From assembly GCA_963744145.1 (NCBI GenBank), contig CAVUSO010000001.1, forward strand, positions 1,248,001-1,312,000: DNA of 64,000 nt. The letters are read 5' to 3'. Below, in pieces: positions 21,616 through 32,370 of the stretch. The position numbers and the translations under genes were made by a program. The first letter of the stretch is position 1. Each line of letters begins with the position of its first letter. The notes under the pieces were generated by a model. It was not told the origin of the DNA, did not search any database, and saw only the letters and a program-made list of their open reading frames with translations. The DNA comes from an uncultured cyanobacterium (lineage in GTDB: Bacteria; Cyanobacteriota; Cyanobacteriia; Cyanobacteriales; CAWUOF01).

Positions 21616-23532
21616 TCAGCCAACTAATTGTTTTTCTAAGTGCTTTACCTTCGCGATCGCTCCCCAATTCCGATAACTAGATTGAGCTTCTTTTAAATAA
21701 GATTGAGCGATTTTGGTTTGACCGATTCCTAAGAAAAATTTGGCTGCTAGTTCATTCGCTAAAGCGGCATTTTGTAAATATTGATTCTGATTAGCATCAG
21801 CGATCGCTTGCTGATATAATTCGATCGCTTCCTCATTTTGTCCAGCAATCCTGGCAATTTCAGCTTGAATCAATAAGGATTGATGGAGATAGTTACTCGG
21901 ACAATCTTCAGCCCAATGTTTAAATTTCAGTAAAAGTTGATTCAGTCGATTCAGATATTTGACCGTAATTTCCGGAGGAGCTTCACTATAAGTTCCAGCG
22001 ATCGCAATTGCTTGATTGTAATAAAACACTGGTTTAATAAAAATTCCTTCCCCACCACTAATAAAATCTTCAGCACAAGCAGCATATTCTACTGCTTTAT
22101 AATGATCTCCAAACCAGTTACATAAAGATAATTTATAAACATAAACCACAAATGCGGTTAAATAGTTACTTGATTTGGCTGCTAATCTAATCACTTCATG
22201 TTCGTTCATCCATCCTCCAATTAGTTGGGCTGGTTGTGCTACTACTTTAGTTAAATTTGCGATCGCTTGTTGACAAATTAAATGATAGATCAACATATTT
22301 TTGTCAACTTTCTTTAAAGTGGAGATAAAATAATTTACAATTTTGGCGGTATCTTTTAAAGATTCATTTCCAAAGAAACATTGTAGTATATAATTAGCTG
22401 AATTCGCTCCAGCCCACTGATAGACACCATGAGCAACTGAGCTTTTAAACCCTTGTAATAAATAAGGTTTACATTTGCTAATATGTTCTTGACAATGAAA
22501 AATTGTTCCACCCCAGACGTTAAAAATATTTGCTTCTAATTCGGGAGTATTTAAGATTTGCTGAAGTTGGAAGGATAATTGACCAAAATCTGCTCCTGTT
22601 TGGATATCCTGAGCGTGACAAACTAAGGTAAAAGCATAGATCATGTAGCCAAATGCTGCTGGTGCTGAATTACCATAGATCAGGGAAAGCTGGAGCATCT
22701 TCATTGGTAAAGTATAGATCGCATTAGATCCTAAAGTCCCTGCGATCGCCCAAACTGATTGGAGAATATTTTGAGCCATTAATTGCTCTGGATCAGCCAT
22801 TAGTGGTAATCTAATTAAACTTTCAATGGTGCGATCGCCCATTAATTCTTTGGTATAAATTAGCTCTTGTAACACCTCTTCATCACTGGGATAACCAGAG
22901 AATTCTATTCCTAATAAACTTAAGGTTTGTAATCCCAGTTCATAAGCTGAAATTAAATCATTCTCTAGTTGATAGCAGATAATTTTATATTGATTGACTC
23001 GACATTGATCAAGATAATTTTTAACGTAGTTTGATGTTTCTTCAAAAATCAGTAACGCGGCTGAATAATGACAATTTAGATATTCAGTTTTCCCCAGCTC
23101 TAAGTATAAATCCAGCGTCAATGGATAATTGACTTCCCAACTTCCTACTGGTAAACAATTTAACCCATTTTTTAGAAATTTTAAAGCATTTTCAAAATCT
23201 GAAGATGCTTTAGCTTGATGCGATGCTTTCAGATTTAATTCGACTAATTGATATTTTTCGATTAGTTCAATCATTAATGTTTGGGCAAGGTTAAGATGAT
23301 TAACAATCTCAAAAAGGTTTTCTTCTAATTCAACTCCTTTGAGATTTTGGAGTAACAATTTACCAATTTTGAGATGAGCCCGTTTTTTCTCAATTTCAGA
23401 CACCAAATCATCAACTCCTTGTTTGATATCGTGGTCGAAAAATTTGGAGTTTGGGGAGAATATACAATATTTTCTCCCCTGATCAATTTCTAATTTTTCT
23501 TGACTAAAAATCTGGTCAAATTGAGATGACAT
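21616..23532 (-). CDS. Stand-alone helical/TPR-like region homologous to the middle of cyanobacterial AAA-kinase multi-sensor proteins
   Basis: HLKIGKLL, LFEIVNHLN, WAEDCPSNY, ALANELAAKF and WGAIAKVKHLE motifs; no kinase, GAF or HisKA domain. Confidence 0.7.
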   Translation of the reverse strand: MSSQFDQIFSQEKLEIDQGRKYCIFSPNSKFFDHDIKQGVDDLVSEIEKKRAHLKIGKLLLQNLKGVELEENLFEIVNHLNLAQTLMIELIEKYQLVELNLKASHQAKASSDFENALKFLKNGLNCLPVGSWEVNYPLTLDLYLELGKTEYLNCHYSAALLIFEETSNYVKNYLDQCRVNQYKIICYQLENDLISAYELGLQTLSLLGIEFSGYPSDEEVLQELIYTKELMGDRTIESLIRLPLMADPEQLMAQNILQSVWAIAGTLGSNAIYTLPMKMLQLSLIYGNSAPAAFGYMIYAFTLVCHAQDIQTGADFGQLSFQLQQILNTPELEANIFNVWGGTIFHCQEHISKCKPYLLQGFKSSVAHGVYQWAGANSANYILQCFFGNESLKDTAKIVNYFISTLKKVDKNMLIYHLICQQAIANLTKVVAQPAQLIGGWMNEHEVIRLAAKSSNYLTAFVVYVYKLSLCNWFGDHYKAVEYAACAEDFISGGEGIFIKPVFYYNQAIAIAGTYSEAPPEITVKYLNRLNQLLLKFKHWAEDCPSNYLHQSLLIQAEIARIAGQNEEAIELYQQAIADANQNQYLQNAALANELAAKFFLGIGQTKIAQSYLKEAQSSYRNWGAIAKVKHLEKQLVG

Positions 23533-23875
23533 ATAGTCTAAAGTACCTCTGTCTAAATGAGAGTATTTTTCTTTTTTTCTAAGTTTAAGTAAGTATATAT
23601 TCAGTCTGAATATGGCAACATTACTAGGGTGGTCAGGAAGTCAAGCTAAGTTTTAGACTTGATTCTCAATTAAATCTTGAGCTTGAGTTGCTTGACCCAG
23701 GACGCTCCCTTGAATTTTTTGCTTTATTCTAACTTTACCCTGATAGTTCCACTTCTAGCCTTATATGTAACATTTTAGCCAGAATATTAACTTTGGTCAG
23801 GAAATGACCTTGTTGAACAGGAAACAGCAAAAATTACAGATTTACACCAATTTCATTTATTCTAGCTACAGTTGG

Positions 23876-23962
23876 TCGATCCCCCCTAACCCCCCTTAAA
23901 AAGGGGGGAACCGGATTAATACTTAAAGTCCCCCTTTTTAAGGGGGATTTAGGGGGATCTGG
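23876..23962. repeat. Palindromic REP/MITE-like element
   Basis: GATCCCCCCTAACCCCCCTTAAAAAGGGGG...CCCCCTTTTTAAGGGGGATTTAGGGGGATC inverted repeat. Confidence 0.8.
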
Positions 23963-24014
23963 ATCTGTAGCAGTGCTTGGTGAATCTGGTATTATACCAA
24001 AATGAAAATTTTTT

Positions 24015-24647
24015 TTAAGTAGAAGTACCTAAATGAGCGATCGCACCTCGAATCCAGTGATCTGGATCAGGGTTGTCGGTAAACTGGGGTTGACTGGATA
24101 AAAATTGGATCGCTACCATAATCTCACGATTAGTATAACCGAGAGCGAGCAGCGTCATTTCCAGATCTTCTTGCATTTCTAAGGTTAATCCGGTTGATAA
24201 GGGAATGGTTAAACCAGATTGCTGATACCATTCCGAAAGTTTGGTTTTTAATTCTAACGCAATTCTAGCTGCGGTTTTTTGACCAACTCCAGGGGTTTTG
24301 ACTAAGCTCTGGGTATTACCCGTGACAATTGCTTGGACTAAATCTTCTAATCCCAAAGTATCTAAAAGTGCGATCGCTAACTGAGTCCCAATTCCCGTGA
24401 CGCTGACCAACTGTCGATATAAATCTCTTTCGGCACTAGAAGCAAAACCATATAATACCATCTGTTCTTCCCGGATTTGCAAATGAGTAAAAATTTGCAT
24501 CGGTTGTCCGATCGCTGGTAATTGGGGTACTAAACGCGGTGGAATTTGTAAGTCATATCCAATCTGGTTAACTTCTAAGGAGAGGATCACCCGTTGATTA
24601 CTAAGTTTGTGAATTCCTGCTACTATACCTTTGAGATAACTAATCAT
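24015..24647 (-). CDS. ruvA: Holliday junction branch migration protein RuvA
   Basis: MISYLKG, LYGF, VTGIG, TPGVGQKTAARIALELK and ALGY motifs. Confidence 0.97.
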   Translation of the reverse strand: MISYLKGIVAGIHKLSNQRVILSLEVNQIGYDLQIPPRLVPQLPAIGQPMQIFTHLQIREEQMVLYGFASSAERDLYRQLVSVTGIGTQLAIALLDTLGLEDLVQAIVTGNTQSLVKTPGVGQKTAARIALELKTKLSEWYQQSGLTIPLSTGLTLEMQEDLEMTLLALGYTNREIMVAIQFLSSQPQFTDNPDPDHWIRGAIAHLGTST

Positions 24648-24652
24648 AAAAA

Positions 24653-25411
24653 TTAGGGGTGGTTTTTGATAAACCCAAAATATTTCAGACCTTCGATAAT
24701 ACCACCAGCACAGTAGGATTTAGCTAAATATCGATGTTCAGCTAAATTATTATTATACCATTGACGCAATTCTGGTTGGACATTAGCCACAATAATCCCC
24801 CGTTCTATCCCCATATTAAACATAGAAATATCATTACCTGAGTCACCACAAACTACTGTTCGGATTGGATCGATTCCCCAATTGCGACGTAAATATTGGA
24901 CAGCTAAACCTTTATCAGCGTGACGCGGTAAAATATCTAAATATGCCCCACCACTATAGATCAATTTAACATCTAAATCGCGATCGCGCAAGATTTTTTC
25001 TAGTTGCGGTAGAATTTCTTTTCCAGTTTTTTCAGTGAAAAAATAACTAACTTTAAAAGGACGTTGTTCTAGTTCTGGTTGTAAGGTTAGCTCTTGGAAA
25101 GAATGACCGATCTCCACAATCTGGGTCCGATTCCAACCTGGGGAGATAATTTCTGCCCATTCTTGATCAGATTGAGTACCAATTTGATAATATATTTCTG
25201 TGCCTACAGAAGCAACCAGTGCATCTGGTACTAACATTTTTTTTTCTGTGGTTAGGAGCTGATAGAGTTCTGGAGATCTTCCTGTTGCATAGACAATTTT
25301 TGTCTCATATTCTTCACGGTGTTGCTGGAGGATTTGATTCAGTTTTTCTAAAGCTTGATCATCCCCAATCAGAGTATGATCTAAGTCGGTAACAAAGAGA
25401 AATTTACTCAT
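24653..25411 (-). CDS. spp: Sucrose-phosphate phosphatase (HAD family)
   Basis: TDLDHTL, YATGRS, QRPFKVS, DKG and CGDSGND motifs. Confidence 0.9.
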   Translation of the reverse strand: MSKFLFVTDLDHTLIGDDQALEKLNQILQQHREEYETKIVYATGRSPELYQLLTTEKKMLVPDALVASVGTEIYYQIGTQSDQEWAEIISPGWNRTQIVEIGHSFQELTLQPELEQRPFKVSYFFTEKTGKEILPQLEKILRDRDLDVKLIYSGGAYLDILPRHADKGLAVQYLRRNWGIDPIRTVVCGDSGNDISMFNMGIERGIIVANVQPELRQWYNNNLAEHRYLAKSYCAGGIIEGLKYFGFIKNHP

Positions 25412-26775
25412 TTTTTTATTTCCTGAATTTTGACCAGCGCATCCTGATAATCCCCATGTTTGTCCTGTTCTTGGTATAAATCCGCAGCTTTTTGGAAAGC
25501 TACTGTGGCATTTTGTTCATCTCCAAGTTTAAGATAAGCCGTACCTTGATTATAATAGGCATTAGCATATTTAGGATTAATTTCGATCGCTTTACTATAA
25601 TCAGCGATCGCACCTCCATAATCACCCGATTCAGCGCGAGCAACTCCCCGATTATTATAAGCTCGATCATAGTTAGCATTTAAGGTAATTGCTTGAGTAT
25701 AATCAGCGATCGCATTCTCATAATCTTGACGACGATAGAAACCCAGTCCACGATTATTATAGCTATTTGCATCACTTGGATTAGGGTCAATCACCTGGGT
25801 ATTTTCTAAATTTTGGTCTGACTGATTAGTAACTAGATCCGGAAAAGGTTCTTGCATAGCTTTTTTTCTAATCAAGTGCATAGTATAAACTAAAATAATA
25901 ATAATGGAAATCATAAAACTCGTCCCAATTAATAATACCGCACTGGGGGGACGATCGCCCATTAACTTTGCCCAAAGACTTTCTCCTGATGGGGACGAAT
26001 GAGTCGATGGATCAGCTCCAGTCGCAAGTTTAGGATTCAGTCGGATCGCTTGATTATAATCATCAAGGGAACCTTTAGTATCTCCTAATTTCAAGCGAAT
26101 AACACTGCGATTTTGGTAAGCTTCTGCTAAATTAGGATTGGATTGAATTGCTTGATTATAATCATCAATTGCCCCCTTTTGATCTCCTGAATCAGCACGA
26201 ATCACTCCCCGATTATAAAAAGCTTGAGCATCATTGGGATTAACTCTAATTACCAGATTATAATCTGCGAGAGCTTTTTGCTTATTTCCTAGTTTGGAGA
26301 ACGCATTACCCCGATTTAGATAAGCATCGATATCATTAGGATTAAGTTTAATTGCTTGGGAATAATCGTCGATCGCTCCTGAATAATTGCCAATTTCTGT
26401 CAGAGCTAATCCCCGGTTATGGTAAGCATCAGCAAAATTAGGATTACGTTGAATTGCTTGAGTATAATCTGCGATCGCTCCTTTAATATCTCCTAGAGCA
26501 GAACGAGCAGCACCTCGATTAATGTAAACTGTACCCAGATTTGGATTAAGCTTTAGTGCTTGATCATAAGCTGCGATCGCTCCGGGAAAATCCCCATTAC
26601 GATATTGATTAAGTCCCTGATTAAACCAACTTTCAGCACTGAGCGGACTAGGAGCAGGACTACTGGTGGGAAGAATCGTCTTCTCAGGAGTTTGGGCACA
26701 AAGAACAGGAAACTTGCTCCCACAAGTGAGTACAGTAATTGCCAGGATAACAATAGATGTATAAATCGGTTTCAT
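25408..26775 (-). CDS. TPR protein with signal peptide and an internal TM helix
   Basis: AYxNRG/GAIADY TPR repeats on both sides of a hydrophobic segment. Confidence 0.88.
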   Translation of the reverse strand: MKPIYTSIVILAITVLTCGSKFPVLCAQTPEKTILPTSSPAPSPLSAESWFNQGLNQYRNGDFPGAIAAYDQALKLNPNLGTVYINRGAARSALGDIKGAIADYTQAIQRNPNFADAYHNRGLALTEIGNYSGAIDDYSQAIKLNPNDIDAYLNRGNAFSKLGNKQKALADYNLVIRVNPNDAQAFYNRGVIRADSGDQKGAIDDYNQAIQSNPNLAEAYQNRSVIRLKLGDTKGSLDDYNQAIRLNPKLATGADPSTHSSPSGESLWAKLMGDRPPSAVLLIGTSFMISIIIILVYTMHLIRKKAMQEPFPDLVTNQSDQNLENTQVIDPNPSDANSYNNRGLGFYRRQDYENAIADYTQAITLNANYDRAYNNRGVARAESGDYGGAIADYSKAIEINPKYANAYYNQGTAYLKLGDEQNATVAFQKAADLYQEQDKHGDYQDALVKIQEIKK

Positions 26776-27467
26776 AAATTTATTTTACCGCAATTAACAA
26801 ACCCATTATATAATTTTTCTGCTGGGATATTTCAGTTGTTGTTTTTTCTCCAGTTTTATTTACTTAGCTAATCCGAATCACTTTTTACCGGGGGTTTTTG
26901 TTGAAATTGTTCAAGTAATGGGAGTATGATCGCGCGATCGCTATTACCTAATATCAGGATTTTTTTAGCATTAGTTGTTAGCATAGAACTTATTGCCAGG
27001 ATCATCAATGAAGTTAAAAATAAATCCCAATTACCCCCTTGGTTTTCCCTTCTGTTTACTTGGAACTTGTTCAGCTCAATCATCTTTTTAATACCAATTT
27101 CCCGATTTTTACAGCGATTTTCTAACTCCCAAGCTTTAATTATTTCCGCACTATTTTGGGGATGAGGATTTGAGTTAATTTGGGTGACAGGTGTAGTGAC
27201 TTTCGGTTATTTAGGTTGGGGAATATTAGCCATAACAATTGCTAATAATTTTTGGTTAGTTTTAGCAGCAAGTGTCCTAATTGCGATCGGGACTTTACCA
27301 GATATCGATCGCATCTTAAAAAATTAAATCAATGATTGCTAATCCCAGAAAATCCTGATTAGGCTATTACTTATGTAAAACAAACCTTTGATTACTGGAT
27401 TTACTAATATTTCGGTTCGACCTGTTCGTTCTGATGGTGCAGTTTGGACAATATTTAATCGCGTAAT

Positions 27468-27842
27468 TTAACCATTTCCACCACTAACTTTGGCTTGGTA
27501 ACCTTGTTGAGCAAGAATTTGAACTAGTTTTTGAGCATGATCACCTTGAATTTCGATCGTATCATCTTTAATCGTGCCTCCAGCGCCACATTGGGTTTTA
27601 AGATGTTTCAGTAAAGCGGTGAGAGCTTCGGAATGAAGTTGAAATCCACTAATCACAGTTACAGTTTTACCTTTACGTCCTTTACGAGATGCTTGAACTC
27701 GTAGTTGTTGTTGTGAAGGTGGAAGTTCAACCACAGGTCTTTCTAAAGCCGCAGAATTATCTGACGGACCAAATTCTTGGTAAACTATGCGTTTCTGAGC
27801 TTTGGGATTTGAGTCAGTCTGTTTATGTTTTGAGTCAGCCAT
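27468..27842 (-). CDS. Translation initiation factor SUI1/YciH family
   Basis: RKGRKGKTVTVI and CGAGGTIKDDTIEIQGDH motifs. Confidence 0.93.
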   Translation of the reverse strand: MADSKHKQTDSNPKAQKRIVYQEFGPSDNSAALERPVVELPPSQQQLRVQASRKGRKGKTVTVISGFQLHSEALTALLKHLKTQCGAGGTIKDDTIEIQGDHAQKLVQILAQQGYQAKVSGGNG

Positions 27843-27928
27843 AGTTTTTGATATTTTTAGGTTGAAAGTAGTTGTTTTGGAACCGCAAAATTTAGATGAG
27901 AATCGGTAAGGGTGGGTTCACCCGATCG

Positions 27929-28627
27929 TCAAACCTTGCTAATCCGACAAGCAAAGCATTTATAAGCTTGCTGACCCGATAGATTATCATAGTATTGGTC
28001 ATCAATAAGGATATTAGTCGGTTGATAGAGCGGGGTGCCGAGTTCGATCGCCATTTGCTGTTGAGGACCAAACCAGTTAGGGACAAAAATCGTATCCTCA
28101 CGAATGTGTTCCCAGAGCAACGCAGTACCTTCAATTGCTCCGCGCGGACTTTCCACTTTAATCAGGTCACCATTCTGAATTCCCTGTGCTTGAGCCGTCC
28201 TGGGGTGAATTTGAATCAGACGAATGCCATTCTTTTGTTTACCAGTATAAGTCCACTGAGTCACAGAATGGAAATGCACCACACTTGGGCGACCGGACAT
28301 CCCCATCAAGGGATATTGCTGGTGGACAGTTCCCGATGATTTCTGGCCAAGTTTGACCTTGTGGGTCACAGCCTGGGGATTGACCGGGTTTTGGACAAAT
28401 TCCGACAGATATAAAATCGAGGGATGTTGTCCCGTGACTTCGGGGTGGGTGTAAAAGCTTGGCAAGGCGTCATGTCCGGCTTTTGCTAATTGTTGTTGCA
28501 GGTTTGACGTATAGATTTCGATTTTGCCGCTCGGTGTCAGAAACCGTTTGCCTTTATTTCTCGGATCAAGCGATTCTACGGCTTTGTACCAGGAGGGGTG
28601 ATCTAAATAGAGTGTACTGACACCAGG
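27929..28627 (-). pseudogene. 3' half of the interrupted molybdopterin oxidoreductase
   Basis: Frame resumes PGVSTLYLDH...FLTPSGKIEIY and includes a molybdopterin dinucleotide-binding domain (HFHS, IHPRTA, GDLIKVESPRG). Confidence 0.9.
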
Positions 28628-28642
28628 TTGATACTCTCAGGT

Positions 28643-29947
28643 CTAAAGACACTGAGATTCTTGAATAGTCCAGAGTCTGAACTTCAAAGGCGCGTACAAA
28701 ACACCTCTACTGATTTCACTTAGGACAAGCCCAAGATCCACCGCTACTTTTCTCAAAATATTAGCCGCAGCATTCGCGTCAGCGTTGATTTTTATGCCAT
28801 TAGAACTGACATACAAGCCACGTTTAACTCTTTTTCCTGATGCTGTCCATTCTGTGGGTTTTTCACCATAAGTTGGGATGGTATCAGCATCTAAAAAACT
28901 AGCTTTGCTGGTATAACTTTCTTCAGTTTCAAGAAACTTAATGCCGTACAAGGTACAAAGTTCTTGAAGCCTTGCTTTGAGTCTAGCCGTAGGGATTTGG
29001 ACAAAGTTTTGATTAGTCTTTTGCCCTAGTTCTATCCCATCTTTTTGGCTTTTATTCCAACCAAAAGCTAAAGTCCCGATGCGATTATTTAAACAGTGAT
29101 TTATCACTAGCCGAGCGGCTTTGTTGATAGCGTCCCTCATCTGTCTATTCCGTTTCTCAGTCATTGCTGCCAAACGATTAGACCAAAAACCTTGAGGTTT
29201 ATTAGCTTTGAGTTTAGCTACTTGTTTGTTGTACCATTGATTGACTGATTTTAGATGTCTGCCATCAATAATAAAACTTGTCCCTACATTACTAACGGCT
29301 GTCAACCAATTATTTAAACCGTGGTCTATCCCTAAGCATTTAGCTGGGTCTAGGACAGGTTTCTCAACTACAACTGGGTAGACGAATTCTGCATAAAAAC
29401 AACCGTTTCTAGGGAGTATCCTGACCTCTCTAAGAGACTCAAAATCTAGGTTAGTTGGCATTGGTAGGAAAAATTCTTTTATGCCAAACCAAGCATTGAC
29501 CTGTAATCCTAAAGGAAATCTAATCTTTCCATCAATTAACCTTAGTGACCGTTTGGGATAGGCAACTAATTGATAGCCTCCTGGTTTTCGATAGTTGGGC
29601 AAGTTGGGTTTAGTTTCGAGTCTACCACTTAGCCAAAGTTCTCTTAACTTGGCGTAGGAACTAATTGACTCACCTACTGCCATACAAGTTTGTGCTGCGG
29701 CATCGGATGGTAGAGCCGAAAAATGTACATTTTGAGTAAGATTTTTTACAATCTCAAACTTGGTCACAAATTTGTGAGCTTTAAACCAGATTTGACGAGC
29801 ATAATAGGTAGCACAATTGTGTAGATTATTGGACTCTGAGCAAACGAATTCTAGTATTGCTTTTGTCTCTGGTTCGGCATTGATTAAATGCTGTTGAACA
29901 CCTAACGGTACTTGGGGCTTTTTTTCTGTTTTCTTTCTTTTAACCAT
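28643..29947 (-). CDS. tnpB: RNA-guided endonuclease TnpB
   Basis: RuvC-I GIDHG, EESYTSK and NADANAAANI motifs; the stop lies in the right-end hairpin. Confidence 0.92.
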   Translation of the reverse strand: MVKRKKTEKKPQVPLGVQQHLINAEPETKAILEFVCSESNNLHNCATYYARQIWFKAHKFVTKFEIVKNLTQNVHFSALPSDAAAQTCMAVGESISSYAKLRELWLSGRLETKPNLPNYRKPGGYQLVAYPKRSLRLIDGKIRFPLGLQVNAWFGIKEFFLPMPTNLDFESLREVRILPRNGCFYAEFVYPVVVEKPVLDPAKCLGIDHGLNNWLTAVSNVGTSFIIDGRHLKSVNQWYNKQVAKLKANKPQGFWSNRLAAMTEKRNRQMRDAINKAARLVINHCLNNRIGTLAFGWNKSQKDGIELGQKTNQNFVQIPTARLKARLQELCTLYGIKFLETEESYTSKASFLDADTIPTYGEKPTEWTASGKRVKRGLYVSSNGIKINADANAAANILRKVAVDLGLVLSEISRGVLYAPLKFRLWTIQESQCL

Positions 29948-29981
29948 TTTTTGTTTCTTTTCTTTCTAATCTTAACTATAG

Positions 29982-32225
29982 CCCACATTCCGCACCCTCA
30001 CTGGCACATCTTAATAAAAGGGTAAAAATTGGGGACGAAGAAAGTTGGCTCAAAAAGATCATAAATGAGATTAATGAGAATAAATTTTATTAAACTAGAT
30101 TTATGAGCAGAAAGAGGCACTGGGTTATTGAGAGATTAACCGTAGCAGAAGTCCGGAAAATGAAAGAGTAAAAAAATTAATTGCAATCGAGCCTAAAAAT
30201 GCGATAATTGAACCAAAAATTGGCTCGTTAAATTGGGTAACTATGGTAGACATAAACGATATTAAAATTCAGAATATCGACCATCTGGGGTTAGTAGCAG
30301 GAATAGTAGATACGATTGGAATAGTAGAAATAATTAATAATTTAATCGGGATAGAATCGGGAGAAAAAGTTACTGCTGGACAAGCAGTTAAAGCAATGAT
30401 TATCAATGGGTTAGGATTTATTTCTAAACCATTATATATGTTTCCGAAATTTTTTGAATCAATTCCCTGTGAACATTTAATAGGAGCCGGGGTAAAGCCC
30501 GAATATTTAAATGACGATAAACTGGGAAGAGTGATGGATAAACTATATAGTAAAGGACTGGATACAATATTTTTAGCAATTACTTTAAATGCAGTTAAAA
30601 AGTTTGATATATCTTTAAATACATCCCATCTAGACTCATCGTCAATTCACGTACATGGGGAATATCATCAAGAATTACCAGAGATAATATTTAGTCAGCC
30701 AGAATTGTCATACCAAGGAGAGCCCCAAATAAAATCGCGACAACCAATCAAAATAAATTACGGTTATTCCCGTGACCATAGACCTGATTTAAAACAATTT
30801 TTAATAGAATTAGTATGTACCGGGGATGGAGATATCCCAATATTTTTAAAAGCAGCGTCAGGAAATCAAGCCGACTCATCATGCTTTGCGAAGATAGCAA
30901 TTGATTATAAAAATCAAATAAAAGTAGATAGTTTAATCGTAGCTGATTGTGCCTTATATACAGAAGATAATCTCAAATTAATGTCGGAAATTAAGTGGTT
31001 AAGCCGAGTACCGTTAAAGATAAAATTAGCCCAAGAATTAGTAGCAAATTTGCCAGATTCAGAATTTACTAAAAGCAAATTAGTTGGATATTCATGGGCG
31101 GCAAAAGAGCAGACTTATGGTGGGATAAAGCAAAGATGGCTAGTTGTGGAAAGTCAAGAAAGAAGAGAATCAGATTTACGGAAATTATCACAGAAAATTA
31201 GTAAATCCGCCACCAAACTGAACAGCGAATTAGGAAAATTATCCCAAGATAGATTTGCCTGTAAAGCTGATGCAGTCAAGGCATTAACTCACCTATCGAA
31301 ATCCTTTAAATATCATCAAATTGAACCAAAAGAAGTAAGGGAAATCAGACCAGATAAATTAGATAAAAGTCAAAAAAAGTGTTATCAAATTCTCGGCAGT
31401 TTTACCGAGGATAAAAGCCAAATTGAACAAGAAACTAACAGTGCAGGTAGATTCATAATTGCGACGAACGTTTTAGCAGAAAGCGAAATTAGTAATGAGG
31501 CAATGCTGACTGAGTATAAGGCACAGCAATCCTGTGAAAGAGGATTTGGTTTTCTTAAAGATCCCACATTTTTTGCAGATAGTGTTTATCTGAAAAGTCC
31601 CGAACGCATCGAATCATTAGCAGCAATTATGGGGCTAGGTTTACTGGTTTATACCCTAGCACAAAGACAAATACGAGCCGCTTTATCAGCAGCAAAATCA
31701 ACCATAAAAAATCAGTTAGGGAAAGCAACAGACCGTCCAACAGCTAAATGGATATTTCAATGCTTTCAAGCAATTCACCTGGTCACATTTCAACAACAAC
31801 AACAAGTATCTAATTGGAGTAATGAACGTGAATTTATCCTGACCCTGCTACCAGAAGATTGTCGGCGCTACTATAAATTTATCACTTAATCCTCTTGCTA
31901 ATATAGCATAAATATATTTAGCTTGAATGAGTTCTTGAATTTAATTAAGAGCTAAGAATTAACCTATCTTAACTAGAGATTGTTCAGTTATTAACTAACA
32001 AAACTGAGTTAAGAGAGCTAGTCAACACCAAAATTTATTGAAAAAACGGGCCGAAATCCTCATTTTCTACTTATTGCTAATAATTATTAATAAACTAGAG
32101 ATTGATGACCTGACCATCAAGGTTTAAAAACCTCTTTTTTGACGATAGTGGGCCAAAATTTCAGCTTTGATAGAGGTTTATTTCAGTAATTACGAATTGT
32201 GACAGTTCAGGGTGCGGAATGTGGG
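29982..32225 (+). mobile_element. IS1634-family insertion sequence
   Basis: 17-bp TIRs CCCACATTCCGCACCCT / AGGGTGCGGAATGTGGG; 6-bp TSD CTATAG at 29976-29981 and 32226-32231. Confidence 0.93.
30243..31889 (+). CDS. IS1634-family DDE transposase
   Basis: DHLGLVAG, LNDDKLGR, HLDSSS, GYSRDHRPDLKQ and ERGFGFLKDP motifs. Confidence 0.93.
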   Translation: MVDINDIKIQNIDHLGLVAGIVDTIGIVEIINNLIGIESGEKVTAGQAVKAMIINGLGFISKPLYMFPKFFESIPCEHLIGAGVKPEYLNDDKLGRVMDKLYSKGLDTIFLAITLNAVKKFDISLNTSHLDSSSIHVHGEYHQELPEIIFSQPELSYQGEPQIKSRQPIKINYGYSRDHRPDLKQFLIELVCTGDGDIPIFLKAASGNQADSSCFAKIAIDYKNQIKVDSLIVADCALYTEDNLKLMSEIKWLSRVPLKIKLAQELVANLPDSEFTKSKLVGYSWAAKEQTYGGIKQRWLVVESQERRESDLRKLSQKISKSATKLNSELGKLSQDRFACKADAVKALTHLSKSFKYHQIEPKEVREIRPDKLDKSQKKCYQILGSFTEDKSQIEQETNSAGRFIIATNVLAESEISNEAMLTEYKAQQSCERGFGFLKDPTFFADSVYLKSPERIESLAAIMGLGLLVYTLAQRQIRAALSAAKSTIKNQLGKATDRPTAKWIFQCFQAIHLVTFQQQQQVSNWSNEREFILTLLPEDCRRYYKFIT

Positions 32226-32370
32226 CTATAGCTTATGTTTGACAAAAAGCAAGTCTTTGTGATCAAAACAATGTTAAGATTAAGAAATATTTTCAGGTGG
32301 TTAAAACCACTTGGGTCGTTTCCCTCTCAGGTCTAAAGAACCTGAGTTTCCCACTTACCATGTGTTTTTT

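Larger units (their letters stand above)
28628..32370 (-). mobile_element. IS200/IS605-family tnpB-only (IS1341-like) element carrying a nested IS1634
   Basis: Matching subterminal hairpins CTCAGGTTCTTTAGACCTGAG and CTCAGTGTCTTTAGACCTGAG, right end TCAA, no TSD; removal restores ...TVDH|PGVS... Confidence 0.9.

Noticed and set aside
26868..27327. Short ORFs between the TPR gene and SUI1
   Set aside because: Fragmentary hydrophobic frames with no motif I can identify. Possibly a decayed gene, but not supportable.
32293..32370. C-terminus KKHMVSGKLRFF... of the 632-aa oxidoreductase ORF
   Set aside because: Read-through into the IS left end, not genuine protein sequence.
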